DNA of 64,000 nt from Clostridia bacterium (GTDB taxonomy: Bacteria > Bacillota > Clostridia > Oscillospirales > CAG-272), in contig JAFTPF010000011.1 of NCBI GenBank assembly GCA_017463445.1, positions 33,087-97,086 of the forward strand, read 5' to 3'. Of this stretch, positions 10,011 to 19,347 are shown one piece after another (position 1 is the first letter of the stretch; each line of letters starts with the position of its first letter). The notes below the pieces were generated by a model. The model saw only the letters and a program-made list of their open reading frames with translations. It did not search any database and had not been told where the DNA came from. Made by a program: the position numbers and the translations under genes.

Positions 10011-11192
10011 ATGACCGATAAGACTCCTTTCGTCTATCTGGACAACAGTGCCACCACCGCCCTCTGCCCCGAAGCAGAGGGCGCTATCCAACAAGCAATC
10101 GCCTGCTACGGAAATCCGTCTTCCCTGCACGCCATGGGACAGACCGCCCGCAAAACGGTGGAGACAGCACGCAAGCAGCTTCTTTCTGCATTGGACGTGC
10201 GCCTGCCCGACACCCGCCGGGTGATCTTCACCTCCTGCGGCACCGAAGCGAACAATATGGCGGTCTACGGCGTGATCCGCGCCAAGAAATTCCGATTCCT
10301 GCCCCGCATCGTCACCACCGACAGCGAGCATCCCTCGATTCTGGAGCCCCTCCGTGATCTGGAAAGCCGCGGCGAGGCAGAGGTGATCCGTCTTTCCACC
10401 AAGGGCGGCAGGATCGACCTTGCCGAGCTGGATGCCGCGCTCAACGAGCGGACCGTCTTGCTCTCGATCATGCTGGTCAACAACGAGACCGGCGCCGTCT
10501 ACGACGTGGCATCCGCTTTTCATCTGGCTAAACGGAAGCTCCCCACAATCCTGACCCACACCGATCTGACCCAAGGCTTTCTGAAGGTGCTTCCCAAGGG
10601 AGGCTACGATAAGCTGGGCGCCGATCTGATCACGGTCAGCGGACACAAGATCCACGCGCCCAAGGGCGTGGGAGCGCTGATCGTTTCGGCAGATCTGCTA
10701 AGGTCCAAGCGATTGGTCCCCTACCTCTACGGCGGCGGACAGGAGGGCGGTCTGCGATCGGGCACTGAAAACGTGATGGGCATCGCCGCGCTGGGTGCCG
10801 CTGCGAAAGCAGGAAAGTCCACCGCCTCCGATGACATCGCCCGGATGACAGTCCTGCATAGCACTTTCGTAAACGCGCTCCCCGATACCGTTCGAGTGAA
10901 CGCACCTGCCGTCTGCGCAGCTCCTCATATCATCAGCCTCACCCTCCCACGTATCAAGAGCCAATCTGCCCTCAACGCCCTTTCCGCGAAAGGGATCTGC
11001 GTCTCCAGCGGCTCAGCCTGCTCCTCTCACGGCGGACACGGCAGTTACGTCCTGCTCGCCTATGGTCTTCCTCCCGAGGAAGCCGACTGCACTCTGCGGG
11101 TCAGCCTGTCCCGCTATACCACCGAACATGAGCTTCTCACTGCCGCTGAGGCGATCCGAGAAGTCTGTGATACGATGATTCACATTAAATAA
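10011..11192 (+). CDS. cysteine desulfurase (class V aminotransferase, NifS/IscS-like)
   Basis: 393 aa. The PLP-lysine context SGHKIHAPKGVGAL and the C-terminal active-site SSGSACSS are present. Confidence 0.88.
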   Translation: MTDKTPFVYLDNSATTALCPEAEGAIQQAIACYGNPSSLHAMGQTARKTVETARKQLLSALDVRLPDTRRVIFTSCGTEANNMAVYGVIRAKKFRFLPRIVTTDSEHPSILEPLRDLESRGEAEVIRLSTKGGRIDLAELDAALNERTVLLSIMLVNNETGAVYDVASAFHLAKRKLPTILTHTDLTQGFLKVLPKGGYDKLGADLITVSGHKIHAPKGVGALIVSADLLRSKRLVPYLYGGGQEGGLRSGTENVMGIAALGAAAKAGKSTASDDIARMTVLHSTFVNALPDTVRVNAPAVCAAPHIISLTLPRIKSQSALNALSAKGICVSSGSACSSHGGHGSYVLLAYGLPPEEADCTLRVSLSRYTTEHELLTAAEAIREVCDTMIHIK

Positions 11193-11211
11193 AAATGAAA
11201 GAGGTATTTTT

Positions 11212-12453
11212 ATGAGACTGAAGCTCCTTGCCCTCCTGTTGACCATCGCGACACTGGTTCCTGCCATTGTAGGATGCACCGGCACGACAACTGAGGTAAC
11301 AACGCAAGCCTCCGCCGAAGACACCGCCGCCACTACAAAGGCTCCCGAGGACGAAGAACCAGAGGTGCGCACCACCCAGTTTGCGGAACCTGCGCTTGAA
11401 TTGATCCATACGATCATTGACGATTACTGGATCTCCAGAAGCCAGACCCTTCGCGAAGAGCGGGGCAGCAGTGCGACCGCCTTCGCCTGGAGTTACGCTT
11501 CTTTTCTGGAAGCACTCTCCGAAGCATATCGCCTCTATCCCAACGATTCTAAGGTGGCTCAGACCTACCTGAGCGCATTGGAAGGCATAGAAGCGTATGC
11601 CGTCTCCACCACGATCACCGCACCCTCCGGCAGACACAAGGTTACTTATTATAACGCCAGCAAGGGCGGCAGCGGCGATTATTATTACGATGACGACGCA
11701 TGGATCTGCATCCAGTTTTTGACTGCCTACGAGCTTTTGGGCGACAAACAGTATCTGGAGAGAGCCGAGAAGACGCTGGAATTTCTGTGGACCGGTTGGG
11801 ACGATGTTCTGGGCGGCGGTATCTACTGGGACAAGACCTATGGCAGCAAGAACACCTGCGCCAACGGTCCTATCGCCATCGCATTCCTGTGGGCATATCA
11901 GTTGACCGAAAATACCGATTATCTTGCCAAAGGCGCCGCCATCTACGACTGGACGTACAATACACTGCGGGACGGCAGTCTGTACAACGACAGCATGGGC
12001 AAGGACGGCGGCAAAAACACCTGGAAGGCGGCGTACAACCAGGGCGTTATGATCTACGCCGGCGCACAGATGTATGAGATCACCGGCGATGAAACCTACT
12101 TGAAGCAAGCACGCTCCACTACCAACGCCTCCCTCAGCCTGATGTTCTCCGGCAGCGGCAGCAACACCAAGATGAAGGATAACCCCATCTACAAGGGTTG
12201 GTGCATCGGCTGGCTGACCCGCGGCTATCTGAAATACTATTCGGTAGATTCCAGAAAGAGCACTACTTCCATGAAAATGCTGGAAGCAGTACTGGTCAAT
12301 ACGCTGGAGACCAAAGACCGTAGCGGCTACTACGATCCCTATTTCTGCAACGAGAACGCTTGGTCCTCGGAATCCCGAACCTGCATCCTGCAGCCTGCCG
12401 GCGTCTGCTCCGTGCTATTCTTGGCCGCTTACTACGATTTGATATTGAAATGA
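11212..12453 (+). CDS. glycoside hydrolase family 76 (alpha-1,6-mannanase-like) lipoprotein, paralog 1
   Basis: Lipobox LVPAIVGC and a Thr-rich linker. DYYYDDDAWICIQFL holds the adjacent Asp pair characteristic of GH76. LEFLWTGWDDVLGGGIYWDK is also present. Confidence 0.8.
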   Translation: MRLKLLALLLTIATLVPAIVGCTGTTTEVTTQASAEDTAATTKAPEDEEPEVRTTQFAEPALELIHTIIDDYWISRSQTLREERGSSATAFAWSYASFLEALSEAYRLYPNDSKVAQTYLSALEGIEAYAVSTTITAPSGRHKVTYYNASKGGSGDYYYDDDAWICIQFLTAYELLGDKQYLERAEKTLEFLWTGWDDVLGGGIYWDKTYGSKNTCANGPIAIAFLWAYQLTENTDYLAKGAAIYDWTYNTLRDGSLYNDSMGKDGGKNTWKAAYNQGVMIYAGAQMYEITGDETYLKQARSTTNASLSLMFSGSGSNTKMKDNPIYKGWCIGWLTRGYLKYYSVDSRKSTTSMKMLEAVLVNTLETKDRSGYYDPYFCNENAWSSESRTCILQPAGVCSVLFLAAYYDLILK

Positions 12454-12658
12454 TCAGAGCCTGACGATCGGATCATTCGTGTGCATAGATCTGCGGTTTT
12501 GTAACTGCAAGCAGCACGGATTGATGACAGATCAGGACGTTGTTTAAAGAATATTCACAAATCTGCGGTAGAATAAGGTCATACCGGACGCCGATTTATG
12601 CAAGGTACCGCTATAACCGTAAATCCGCAATCCGACTACTATTTGAAAGAGGTATCCC

Positions 12659-13924
12659 ATGAAAAAGAAACTTTTGGCCGCTCTGCTGGCGGTCGCCTCC
12701 CTGCTCCCCCTGGCAACGGCTTGCACCGGTTCCGATGCAGAGGTCACTACTGAAGGAACCACCACCACGACCGAAGCTGTAACGACCACCGTTCCCACCC
12801 CCTCCACCCCCCTCCCTTCCGACCAGTACGAGTCTCAGTTTGCTGAGCCTTCCTACAAGCTGATGCGCCAGATCATCAAGGATTACTGGCGTACCACCAC
12901 GCTCCGCACCGACCTGACCAGCTCCAACGCTGCTGTCGTTTGGGGATTTGCAGGCTTTTTAGAAGCGGTCGCCGAGGCGTACCGTCTCTTCCCCGACGAT
13001 GTGACCATCGAAAGAGCCTACAGAAACGCTCTGACTAAGGGCATCACGCAATACAAGGTCACCAATGCTACCATCACTGCGCCCACCGGCGACTACAAGG
13101 TCTCCTACTACAACGCAGGCAAGGGCGGATCGCGCGACTACTATTACGACGACGACGCTTGGATCTGCATCCAGTTTTTGAACGCCTACGAGCTTCTGCA
13201 AGATGAACAGTTCCTTGCTGAGGCCGAGGAGACGCTGGAATTCCTCTGGACCGGCTGGGACGATGTTCTGGGCGGCGGTATCTACTGGGATAAGTCCTAC
13301 AGCGGTAAGAACACCTGCGCTAACGGTCCTGTTGCCATCGCCTTCTTGTGGGCATATCAGCTGACCCAGAAGGAAGAATATCTGGAAAAAGGCAGAATGA
13401 TCTACGATTGGTGCCGTGAAAAACTGCTGGACGGTGACCTTTACATCGACAGCCTGGGCGTAGACGGCGGCAGAAACAACTGGAAAGCCGCTTACAACCA
13501 GGGTACCATGATCTACGCAGGCGCACAGCTCTACGAGATCACCGGCGACGAGACCTACCTGACGCAGGCGCGTGCCACAAACAAAGCAACGATCAGCCTG
13601 ATGTTCACCGGCAGAGGCTCCTCCACAAGAATGAACGGCAACCCTATTTACAGATCCTGGTGTATCGGCTGGCTGGTCCGTGGCTTTATGAAGTTCTACT
13701 CGGTTGATCCCGAAAAGGATACGACCGCTATGGATAATATGGCAGTGGTCCTCAAGCGCACTCTGAAGACCCAGAACAAGAAGGGCTACTACGATCCCTA
13801 CTTCTGCACCGGCGACTGGGCAAGCGAGTCGACTACCGACGTTCTCCAGCCCTGCGGCGTAGCATCGGTACTTCTGCTGACTACTTATTTCGAAGATTTC
13901 ATGGCAGCTAAAAACGCTGAGTGA
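12659..13924 (+). CDS. glycoside hydrolase family 76 lipoprotein, paralog 2
   Basis: Lipobox LPLATAC and a Thr-rich linker. It is collinear with 11212..12453 and shares identical blocks DYYYDDDAWICIQFL, LEFLWTGWDDVLGGGIYWDK and YEITGDETYL. Confidence 0.8.
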   Translation: MKKKLLAALLAVASLLPLATACTGSDAEVTTEGTTTTTEAVTTTVPTPSTPLPSDQYESQFAEPSYKLMRQIIKDYWRTTTLRTDLTSSNAAVVWGFAGFLEAVAEAYRLFPDDVTIERAYRNALTKGITQYKVTNATITAPTGDYKVSYYNAGKGGSRDYYYDDDAWICIQFLNAYELLQDEQFLAEAEETLEFLWTGWDDVLGGGIYWDKSYSGKNTCANGPVAIAFLWAYQLTQKEEYLEKGRMIYDWCREKLLDGDLYIDSLGVDGGRNNWKAAYNQGTMIYAGAQLYEITGDETYLTQARATNKATISLMFTGRGSSTRMNGNPIYRSWCIGWLVRGFMKFYSVDPEKDTTAMDNMAVVLKRTLKTQNKKGYYDPYFCTGDWASESTTDVLQPCGVASVLLLTTYFEDFMAAKNAE

Positions 13925-13940
13925 GCCCTCCTCTTTTAAA

Positions 13941-14130
13941 AAAGAGTCCGAACATTCGGACTCTCAGACTGAAGACAAAGTCTACCCCTTCCGCTGGCAC
14001 CAGCCAAGGAAAGGGGTAGGAGGTCTGGAGGAAGGGGGAAAACTTCGGCGTTTGAGATGGTTTCCCCCTTCCTCCAGTTCTTGAAACAATTTTGTCTACA
14101 CTTTGAGAGTCCGAACATTCGGACTCTTTT
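13941..14130. mobile_element. MITE-like non-coding element with ~37-bp imperfect terminal inverted repeats
   Basis: The ends are AAAAGAGTCCGAACATTCGGACTCTCAGACTGAAGAC (left) and GTCTACACTTTGAGAGTCCGAACATTCGGACTCTTTT (right, inverted). The interior holds a perfect 17-bp stem, CTGGAGGAAGGGGGAAA...TTTCCCCCTTCCTCCAG. It has no coding capacity. Confidence 0.6.
13991..14065 (-). repeat. dispersed ~70-nt repeat, copy A
   Basis: The minus strand reads GGAAACCATCTCAAACGCCGAAGTTTTCCCCCTTCCTCCAGACCTCCTACCCCTTTCCTTGGCTGGTGCC. It aligns with copies at 19106-19165 and 60649-60724. Confidence 0.75.
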
Positions 14131-14235
14131 ATATTTTTTTCCAAAACCCCAAATCCTTAAAGAAAAATTCACAAATAGGGACTATAATAGAGTTGTTGCA
14201 TCTGTTCTGACCGCAGAAATCTACCGGATGCCGGA

Positions 14236-14790
14236 GTGCCTATGACATCCCCCTTCACGCTCCCTCCCAAGGAACAGGTCTGCTGCTTTACCGGGCATCG
14301 GGATATAACCTTCTCTGCCATGCAGGAAGTCCTGCCGCGGCTCACCGAAGCGGTCACAGAGCTGTTGAACAGCGGCGTTTCCACCTTCATCGTAGGCGGC
14401 GCGCGGGGATTCGACACGCTGGTCGCCATCCAGCTGATCAATCTGCGACGGCATCTTTATCCTAGTCTGCGGTTGGTGCTGGCGCGTCCCTGCCCCGGGC
14501 AGGCAGACCGCTGGCCCGCTTCCGAACGGTCGCTGTACGAGACCGTCCGTAGAGAGGCGGATCTGGATATCCTCCTTGCCGACCGTTATTACAACGGCTG
14601 TATGCAAAATCGCAACGCTTTTATGGTAGATCACAGCAACCATCTGCTTGCTTATGTGACCCGTACCTCGGGCGGCTCTTATCAGACCTTGACGCTGGCG
14701 CGCCGACGGGGTCTCTCCATTCAAAATCTCGCCGAGAGTGGCATCGCTCTCACCTTCCCCGAACAGCAGGGACTGTTCGACGGGATCTGA
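14236..14790 (+). CDS. SLOG-fold DUF1273 (YpsA-like) protein
   Basis: FTGHRDI...FIVGGARGFDT...NRNAFMVDHSNHLLAY matches the pattern of the YpsA/DUF1273 family. Confidence 0.75.
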   Translation: MPMTSPFTLPPKEQVCCFTGHRDITFSAMQEVLPRLTEAVTELLNSGVSTFIVGGARGFDTLVAIQLINLRRHLYPSLRLVLARPCPGQADRWPASERSLYETVRREADLDILLADRYYNGCMQNRNAFMVDHSNHLLAYVTRTSGGSYQTLTLARRRGLSIQNLAESGIALTFPEQQGLFDGI

Positions 14791-14797
14791 ATACACT

Positions 14798-15523
14798 ATG
14801 GAACAGGAACTGATCTGGCTTCGGGAAAAGTATCCCGACGAGGCGAACTTTGCGTCCGCCCTTGCCCGCTACCGTGCCGGCGAACCGCTGGCCTATCTGC
14901 TGGGAGAGCAATATTTCTGGCGCTACCGCTTCACTGTCACGCCCGACGTGCTGATCCCCCGCCCCGATACCGAGCGGCTGGTGGAGACGGCACTCTCCAT
15001 CCTGCCGCCAAACGGCAGATTCGCGGACCTTTGCACCGGCAGCGGTGCCATCGCCCTGTCAATCGCCGCTGACCGCCCCGATCTGACCGCAGACGCACCG
15101 GACATCTCCGAGGCGGCATTGACAGTAGCTGAGAAAAACGCACGTGATCTGAACGTCAGCGATCAGGTGCGCTTCCACCGTGCCGATCTCTTGACCGACG
15201 ATCCGCTGGAGGGGGCGTACGACGCGATCCTCTCCAATCCTCCCTACATTCCCCGAAAGGACATCGCTCAGTTTCCCTCCCTCACCTATGAGCCGCAGAT
15301 CGCATTGGACGGTGGCGAGGACGGTCTGGACTTTTACCGTGCTATCCTCACTCGCTTTGCCCATCATCTGAAGGACGGCGGCTGTTTTCTCTTCGAGATC
15401 GGCTACGATCAGGGAGAGCAGATCCGCGCCCTTGCCGCATCGCACGGCTACGCCTGCAGTGTTACCAAAGACTACGGAGGCAACGACCGCGTTGCCCGAT
15501 TGACCAAACTCTCTGAACGATAA
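14798..15523 (+). CDS. prmC: peptide chain release factor N(5)-glutamine methyltransferase
   Basis: SAM motif DLCTGSGAIAL and catalytic NPPY (SNPPYIP). ATG 14798 is chosen over track start 14738, which overlaps the upstream gene. Confidence 0.88.
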   Translation: MEQELIWLREKYPDEANFASALARYRAGEPLAYLLGEQYFWRYRFTVTPDVLIPRPDTERLVETALSILPPNGRFADLCTGSGAIALSIAADRPDLTADAPDISEAALTVAEKNARDLNVSDQVRFHRADLLTDDPLEGAYDAILSNPPYIPRKDIAQFPSLTYEPQIALDGGEDGLDFYRAILTRFAHHLKDGGCFLFEIGYDQGEQIRALAASHGYACSVTKDYGGNDRVARLTKLSER

Positions 15524-15535
15524 GGATGTGATTTC

Positions 15536-15910
15536 ATGAAAGGTTGGCCCCTGTGGAAAGAGGTCATCAAGTACCATTGGTGCGACGTTTTGTTTGACCG
15601 TTTCTACTCCCGCGAATATTCTACCCTTCCGGTCAACGACATCTGGCAGGACATTGCCAAGCGTTGGACTTTTGAATGGGGGCTGGCGTGCGGACTTGGC
15701 ATCAACGTCTTCGTGTTTCTCTTCGTCTTTTTCCGCTTTATCAGCGGATGGTGGCTACTGATTCCCCTGCTCTTCTGCATCGCATTCAGTTTCGTGCTCT
15801 CCTCCGCCTGCTCCTGCATCTATCTGTACATCAAAATGCGCGCTTACTACCGATCCTTGGATGAAGCGGAAAAGAAGACCGAGGAAGAGGACGAATACAA
15901 CGGCTTCTGA
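15536..15910 (+). CDS. small membrane protein, unknown function
   Basis: 124 aa with two hydrophobic segments and an acidic C-terminus. No family is recognised. Confidence 0.5.
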   Translation: MKGWPLWKEVIKYHWCDVLFDRFYSREYSTLPVNDIWQDIAKRWTFEWGLACGLGINVFVFLFVFFRFISGWWLLIPLLFCIAFSFVLSSACSCIYLYIKMRAYYRSLDEAEKKTEEEDEYNGF

Positions 15911-15970
15911 TCTCCGATCCTGCATCCGCCACTAGTCACACACATACCTAATACAAGAAAGGCTTACTCT

Positions 15971-17026
15971 ATGTTGAATCTTTGTTGCCTATTCGGCGGT
16001 GAATCCACCGAATACGAGGTCTCCCTGCGCAGTGTTACCTCGGTAATCGAAAACGCCGATCCCGAAAAATACACCCTCACCACCGTGGGCATCACCCGCG
16101 ACGGTAAATGGTATCTCTACGACGGCCCCGTCTCTGCCATCGCCAAGGACGAATGGTGGAAGGACGAGACCCACATCCACCCCGCTATGATCTCTCCCTC
16201 CAAGGGCGACCGCTGTCTCCTGGTGCTGGACGGAGCCGCCTATCGCAAGATCCCGTTGGACGTGGTCTTCCCCGTTATGCACGGCGCACATTGCGAGGAC
16301 GGTACCCTCCAGGGGCTCTTAGAGCTGTCGGGCATCCCCTTCGTAGGCCCCGATTGCCGCTCCTCAGCGGTGTGCATGGATAAATTCTCCACCAAAGCGG
16401 TGCTGAATAACTTCAAGATCCCCCAGGCAAAGGTAGAATTTGTCACCCGCCGCGAGCTTGCCGAGGATTTTGACGCCGTTGCCGCCCGCGTTGCGGCTCT
16501 CGACTATCCCGTATTCGTAAAACCCTCCGCAACCGGCTCCTCCATCGGCGTCAGCAAGGTCCGCACCCCTGACGCGCTGTACGCCGCCATCGCTTCTGCC
16601 GCTAAATTTGACGATGTGGTCCTGGTGGAAGAGTTCATCGACGGCAGAGAGATCGAGGTAGCCGTGATGGGCAACGGCGATCCCATCGCGTCGGTCTGCG
16701 GCGAGATCGACCCCGGTAGCGACTTCTACGACTACGAGACCAAATACGTCAGCGACACCGCTTCCTATTACATCCCCGCCCGCCTGTCCGAAGAGGCGTC
16801 AGATGCCATCCGTAAGACCGCCTGCGAGATCTACCGCAGGCTGGGCTGCAAGGGACTGTCCCGGGTTGACTTTTTTTACACCGCCGACGGCAGATATATC
16901 TTCAACGAGATCAACACCTTGCCCGGCTTTACTTCCATCAGTATGTATCCCAAGCTGTTTATGGCCTGCGGAATGACCTATGCAGGCGTGATCGATCGTC
17001 TGGTGGAGTACGCGCTCGCCCAATAA
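15971..17026 (+). CDS. ddl: D-alanine--D-alanine ligase
   Basis: 351 aa with the ATP-grasp fold. The N-terminus is LFGGESTEYEVSLRS and the C-terminus is FNEINTLPGFTSISMYPKL. Confidence 0.93.
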   Translation: MLNLCCLFGGESTEYEVSLRSVTSVIENADPEKYTLTTVGITRDGKWYLYDGPVSAIAKDEWWKDETHIHPAMISPSKGDRCLLVLDGAAYRKIPLDVVFPVMHGAHCEDGTLQGLLELSGIPFVGPDCRSSAVCMDKFSTKAVLNNFKIPQAKVEFVTRRELAEDFDAVAARVAALDYPVFVKPSATGSSIGVSKVRTPDALYAAIASAAKFDDVVLVEEFIDGREIEVAVMGNGDPIASVCGEIDPGSDFYDYETKYVSDTASYYIPARLSEEASDAIRKTACEIYRRLGCKGLSRVDFFYTADGRYIFNEINTLPGFTSISMYPKLFMACGMTYAGVIDRLVEYALAQ

Positions 17027-17156
17027 CCGAAAAACGAAATCCCGGAGTTTGATCCGATCATTCTCCGATCATACACCATTCGACAGAGTATTCTCCATTT
17101 GTCCGCCAAGAGGTGGGCACCCGTCTCTGCCGATTTACAGAAAGGATGTGGCTTCT

Positions 17157-18107
17157 ATGCTCCACCAGCCTGCAAAGATCCGCGCGTGTCAGCGCACCGC
17201 ATTGATCGGCAGCGTCCTGCTGCTGTGCGCACTCACCGCAGTGCAACTTTATCTCTACTTGACCGGTTATGAATTTAACACCGACCTGTACGTCCCCGGC
17301 TCCCTCCCCACCGTCACCGCCGTTCTGTGGATCGTTGGCGCTGTCGGTGCGATTCTTCTGAATTGTTTTCTGCCCGGTAAGACCACTTGCTCCGAGCTGA
17401 AGATCCGCTCCAATGTTGCCACCGATACGGCCTCTCTGCTGTGCGCCGCGGCGCTGGCAGGATCACTTCTGCTCCCGATCATCCTGAAAAACGGCGGTAC
17501 CGATATGCTGGGCAATCTGCTGGCATCAAGTTCACCTAACGACAATACCGCCCGTTTGATGCTGATCGCCTCTCTCGTTTTGGCGCTCCCTGCCGCTCTG
17601 CACTTCATCCTGCAATTTGCCCACCACAAGAGCTATCCCCAGAGTGCCTGCGCACTTCTGCTCTGGGCGGCCTTCTCCGCCCTTCGAATCTACTTCGATA
17701 TGCGCTATCTGCTGATGTCCCCCCGTCGGATCATGCACTTGGTGGCGCTGATCGCGGTCATGCTATTCCTGATCGCCGAGCTGCGGCAGGCACGCGGTGT
17801 GGCAACGCATCGTTTCTACGCCATCGCCGCATCGTTGATGATGGTGCTGGCAGGCTGCGACGCTCTCTCTAACCTGATCCTTGCAGCTATGGGCTGGATC
17901 GCACTCGGCTCCGAGATCTGCACTTATATTTTCCTGCTGGCCATTGCGTTGTACGCCGGCTCTCGGCTTGCCTCCCTCTGCACCGTCGAAAAGCCTGCTC
18001 CCACACCTGCGTTAGACAATCAAGCAGAGCAGTCCCCCGCTCCCTCCGACGAGGCTGAGCCACAGGCTGACGATGCTACTCTTTCCTCCGAGAGCGAGGA
18101 GCAGTAA
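17157..18107 (+). CDS. polytopic membrane protein, unknown function
   Basis: About 8 hydrophobic segments and an acidic, Ser-rich tail. ATG 17157 lies 10 nt after AAAGGA. Confidence 0.55.
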   Translation: MLHQPAKIRACQRTALIGSVLLLCALTAVQLYLYLTGYEFNTDLYVPGSLPTVTAVLWIVGAVGAILLNCFLPGKTTCSELKIRSNVATDTASLLCAAALAGSLLLPIILKNGGTDMLGNLLASSSPNDNTARLMLIASLVLALPAALHFILQFAHHKSYPQSACALLLWAAFSALRIYFDMRYLLMSPRRIMHLVALIAVMLFLIAELRQARGVATHRFYAIAASLMMVLAGCDALSNLILAAMGWIALGSEICTYIFLLAIALYAGSRLASLCTVEKPAPTPALDNQAEQSPAPSDEAEPQADDATLSSESEEQ

Positions 18108-18856
18108 TGAGCTGTTACGAAAAACTTGCTCCCTTCTACGATCGGCTGAACACCGAGGTTGACTATTCCCTCTGGAGTGGTTACTTTATCCGTGCGATGC
18201 AAGAAAACGGCATCGCGCCCGGTCAGCTGGTGCTGGATCTGGGGTGTGGAACGGGCAATCTGACGCTCCCGCTCCTACAGGCGGGGTACGATATGATCGG
18301 CGTGGATATTTCTCCCGAGATGCTGTCCGCCGCGCGAGACAAATGCGCCGACGAAGGCTTCTTTCCCCTCCTGCTCTGCCAGGATATGACCGAGTTTGAG
18401 CTGTACGGCACCGTCAGGGCGGCGCTCTGCTGTCTGGACAGCTTCAACTATCTCACCGAGGACGGCGAACTGGAAAAGACCTTCCGTCTCCTACACAACT
18501 ACATTGAGCCGGGCGGACTGCTTTTCTTCGATGTGAACACTCCCCAAAAATTCGCGGAAGTGTACGGCGATAATAGCTATGTTATGGAGGACGAGGGCGT
18601 GTTCTGCGGTTGGGAGAACGATTTTGATCCCGAAACGCAGCTTTGCACCTTCTGCCTCACTTTTTTCGAAAAGCAGAAAAACGGTCTTTGGCGCCGCACC
18701 GACGAGGAGCAGACCGAGCGGTGCTACTCTGCCGACTTCATCCGCAAGGCTTTGCAGGATTGCGGATTTGAGGTGCTGTCCCATCTGGGCGATCTGTCGG
18801 GAAAGCCCGCCGACGAGAGCGATCATCGGCACTATTATCTTTGCAAGCGCGTTTGA
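18107..18856 (+). CDS. class I SAM-dependent methyltransferase
   Basis: Motif I is VLDLGCGTGNLTL. The start overlaps the upstream stop (TAATG). Confidence 0.8.
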   Translation: MSCYEKLAPFYDRLNTEVDYSLWSGYFIRAMQENGIAPGQLVLDLGCGTGNLTLPLLQAGYDMIGVDISPEMLSAARDKCADEGFFPLLLCQDMTEFELYGTVRAALCCLDSFNYLTEDGELEKTFRLLHNYIEPGGLLFFDVNTPQKFAEVYGDNSYVMEDEGVFCGWENDFDPETQLCTFCLTFFEKQKNGLWRRTDEEQTERCYSADFIRKALQDCGFEVLSHLGDLSGKPADESDHRHYYLCKRV

Positions 18857-19215
18857 ATCGTGGGGCGCTGCCCCACACTCCGCCAAAGAACCTTCTTGTA
18901 AAAAGGTTCTTTGGAATCTCCAAGAACTTTTGAAAAGCCCCGCAAATACTTGCGGGGCTTGATTTTTTGAAATCTATTCCCTCCAACTTGTAGGGACAGG
19001 CGTCCTCGACTGTCCCGTTTGCAAAGGGATCGCTCTGTGAAAATCCTTAGAAATCCAAGGAAGCAATTTCGCCTGCGTCGAAATTGTAATCTGAGAAGGG
19101 GAGAAGAAACCATCTCAGACGCCGAATGTTTCAGACTCTTTCCCTCATCCACCTTGGCTGGCGTGTCGAGAGACTGATAGTAAGATGATGGGGCTGTAAA
19201 ACAAGTTTTTTCCAA
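18857..19215. repeat. ~360 bp non-coding mosaic of hairpin modules plus dispersed-repeat copy B
   Basis: Hairpins lie at 18860-18876, 18884-18915 (P2), 18945-18970 (P3), ~19003-19030 (GGGACAG...CTGTCCC) and ~19064-19086 (CAATTTCG...CGAAATTG). Repeat copy B lies at 19106-19165. Confidence 0.75.
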
Positions 19216-19347
19216 CTCAGAGGGAACCTTAAAATTACCGAAAAGTCATTGCTAAAGTGAACATTTCATCTTTTGCAGTGGCTTTTTCTTTAATTTTCTT
19301 TTCTTATAGCCCTTATGCGGCGATTTCTTTTTTACGGCTTATTTTAT

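Noticed and set aside
13908-14245. Track ORFs 13908..14144, 13936..14172 and 14057..14245. Similar ORFs occur at 18579..19215 and 60425..60940.
   Set aside because: They read through palindromic and dispersed repeats (ESPNIRTL, ETISNAEVFPLPPD…). Both strands are open because of the inverted symmetry. They have no RBS and no coding-type composition.
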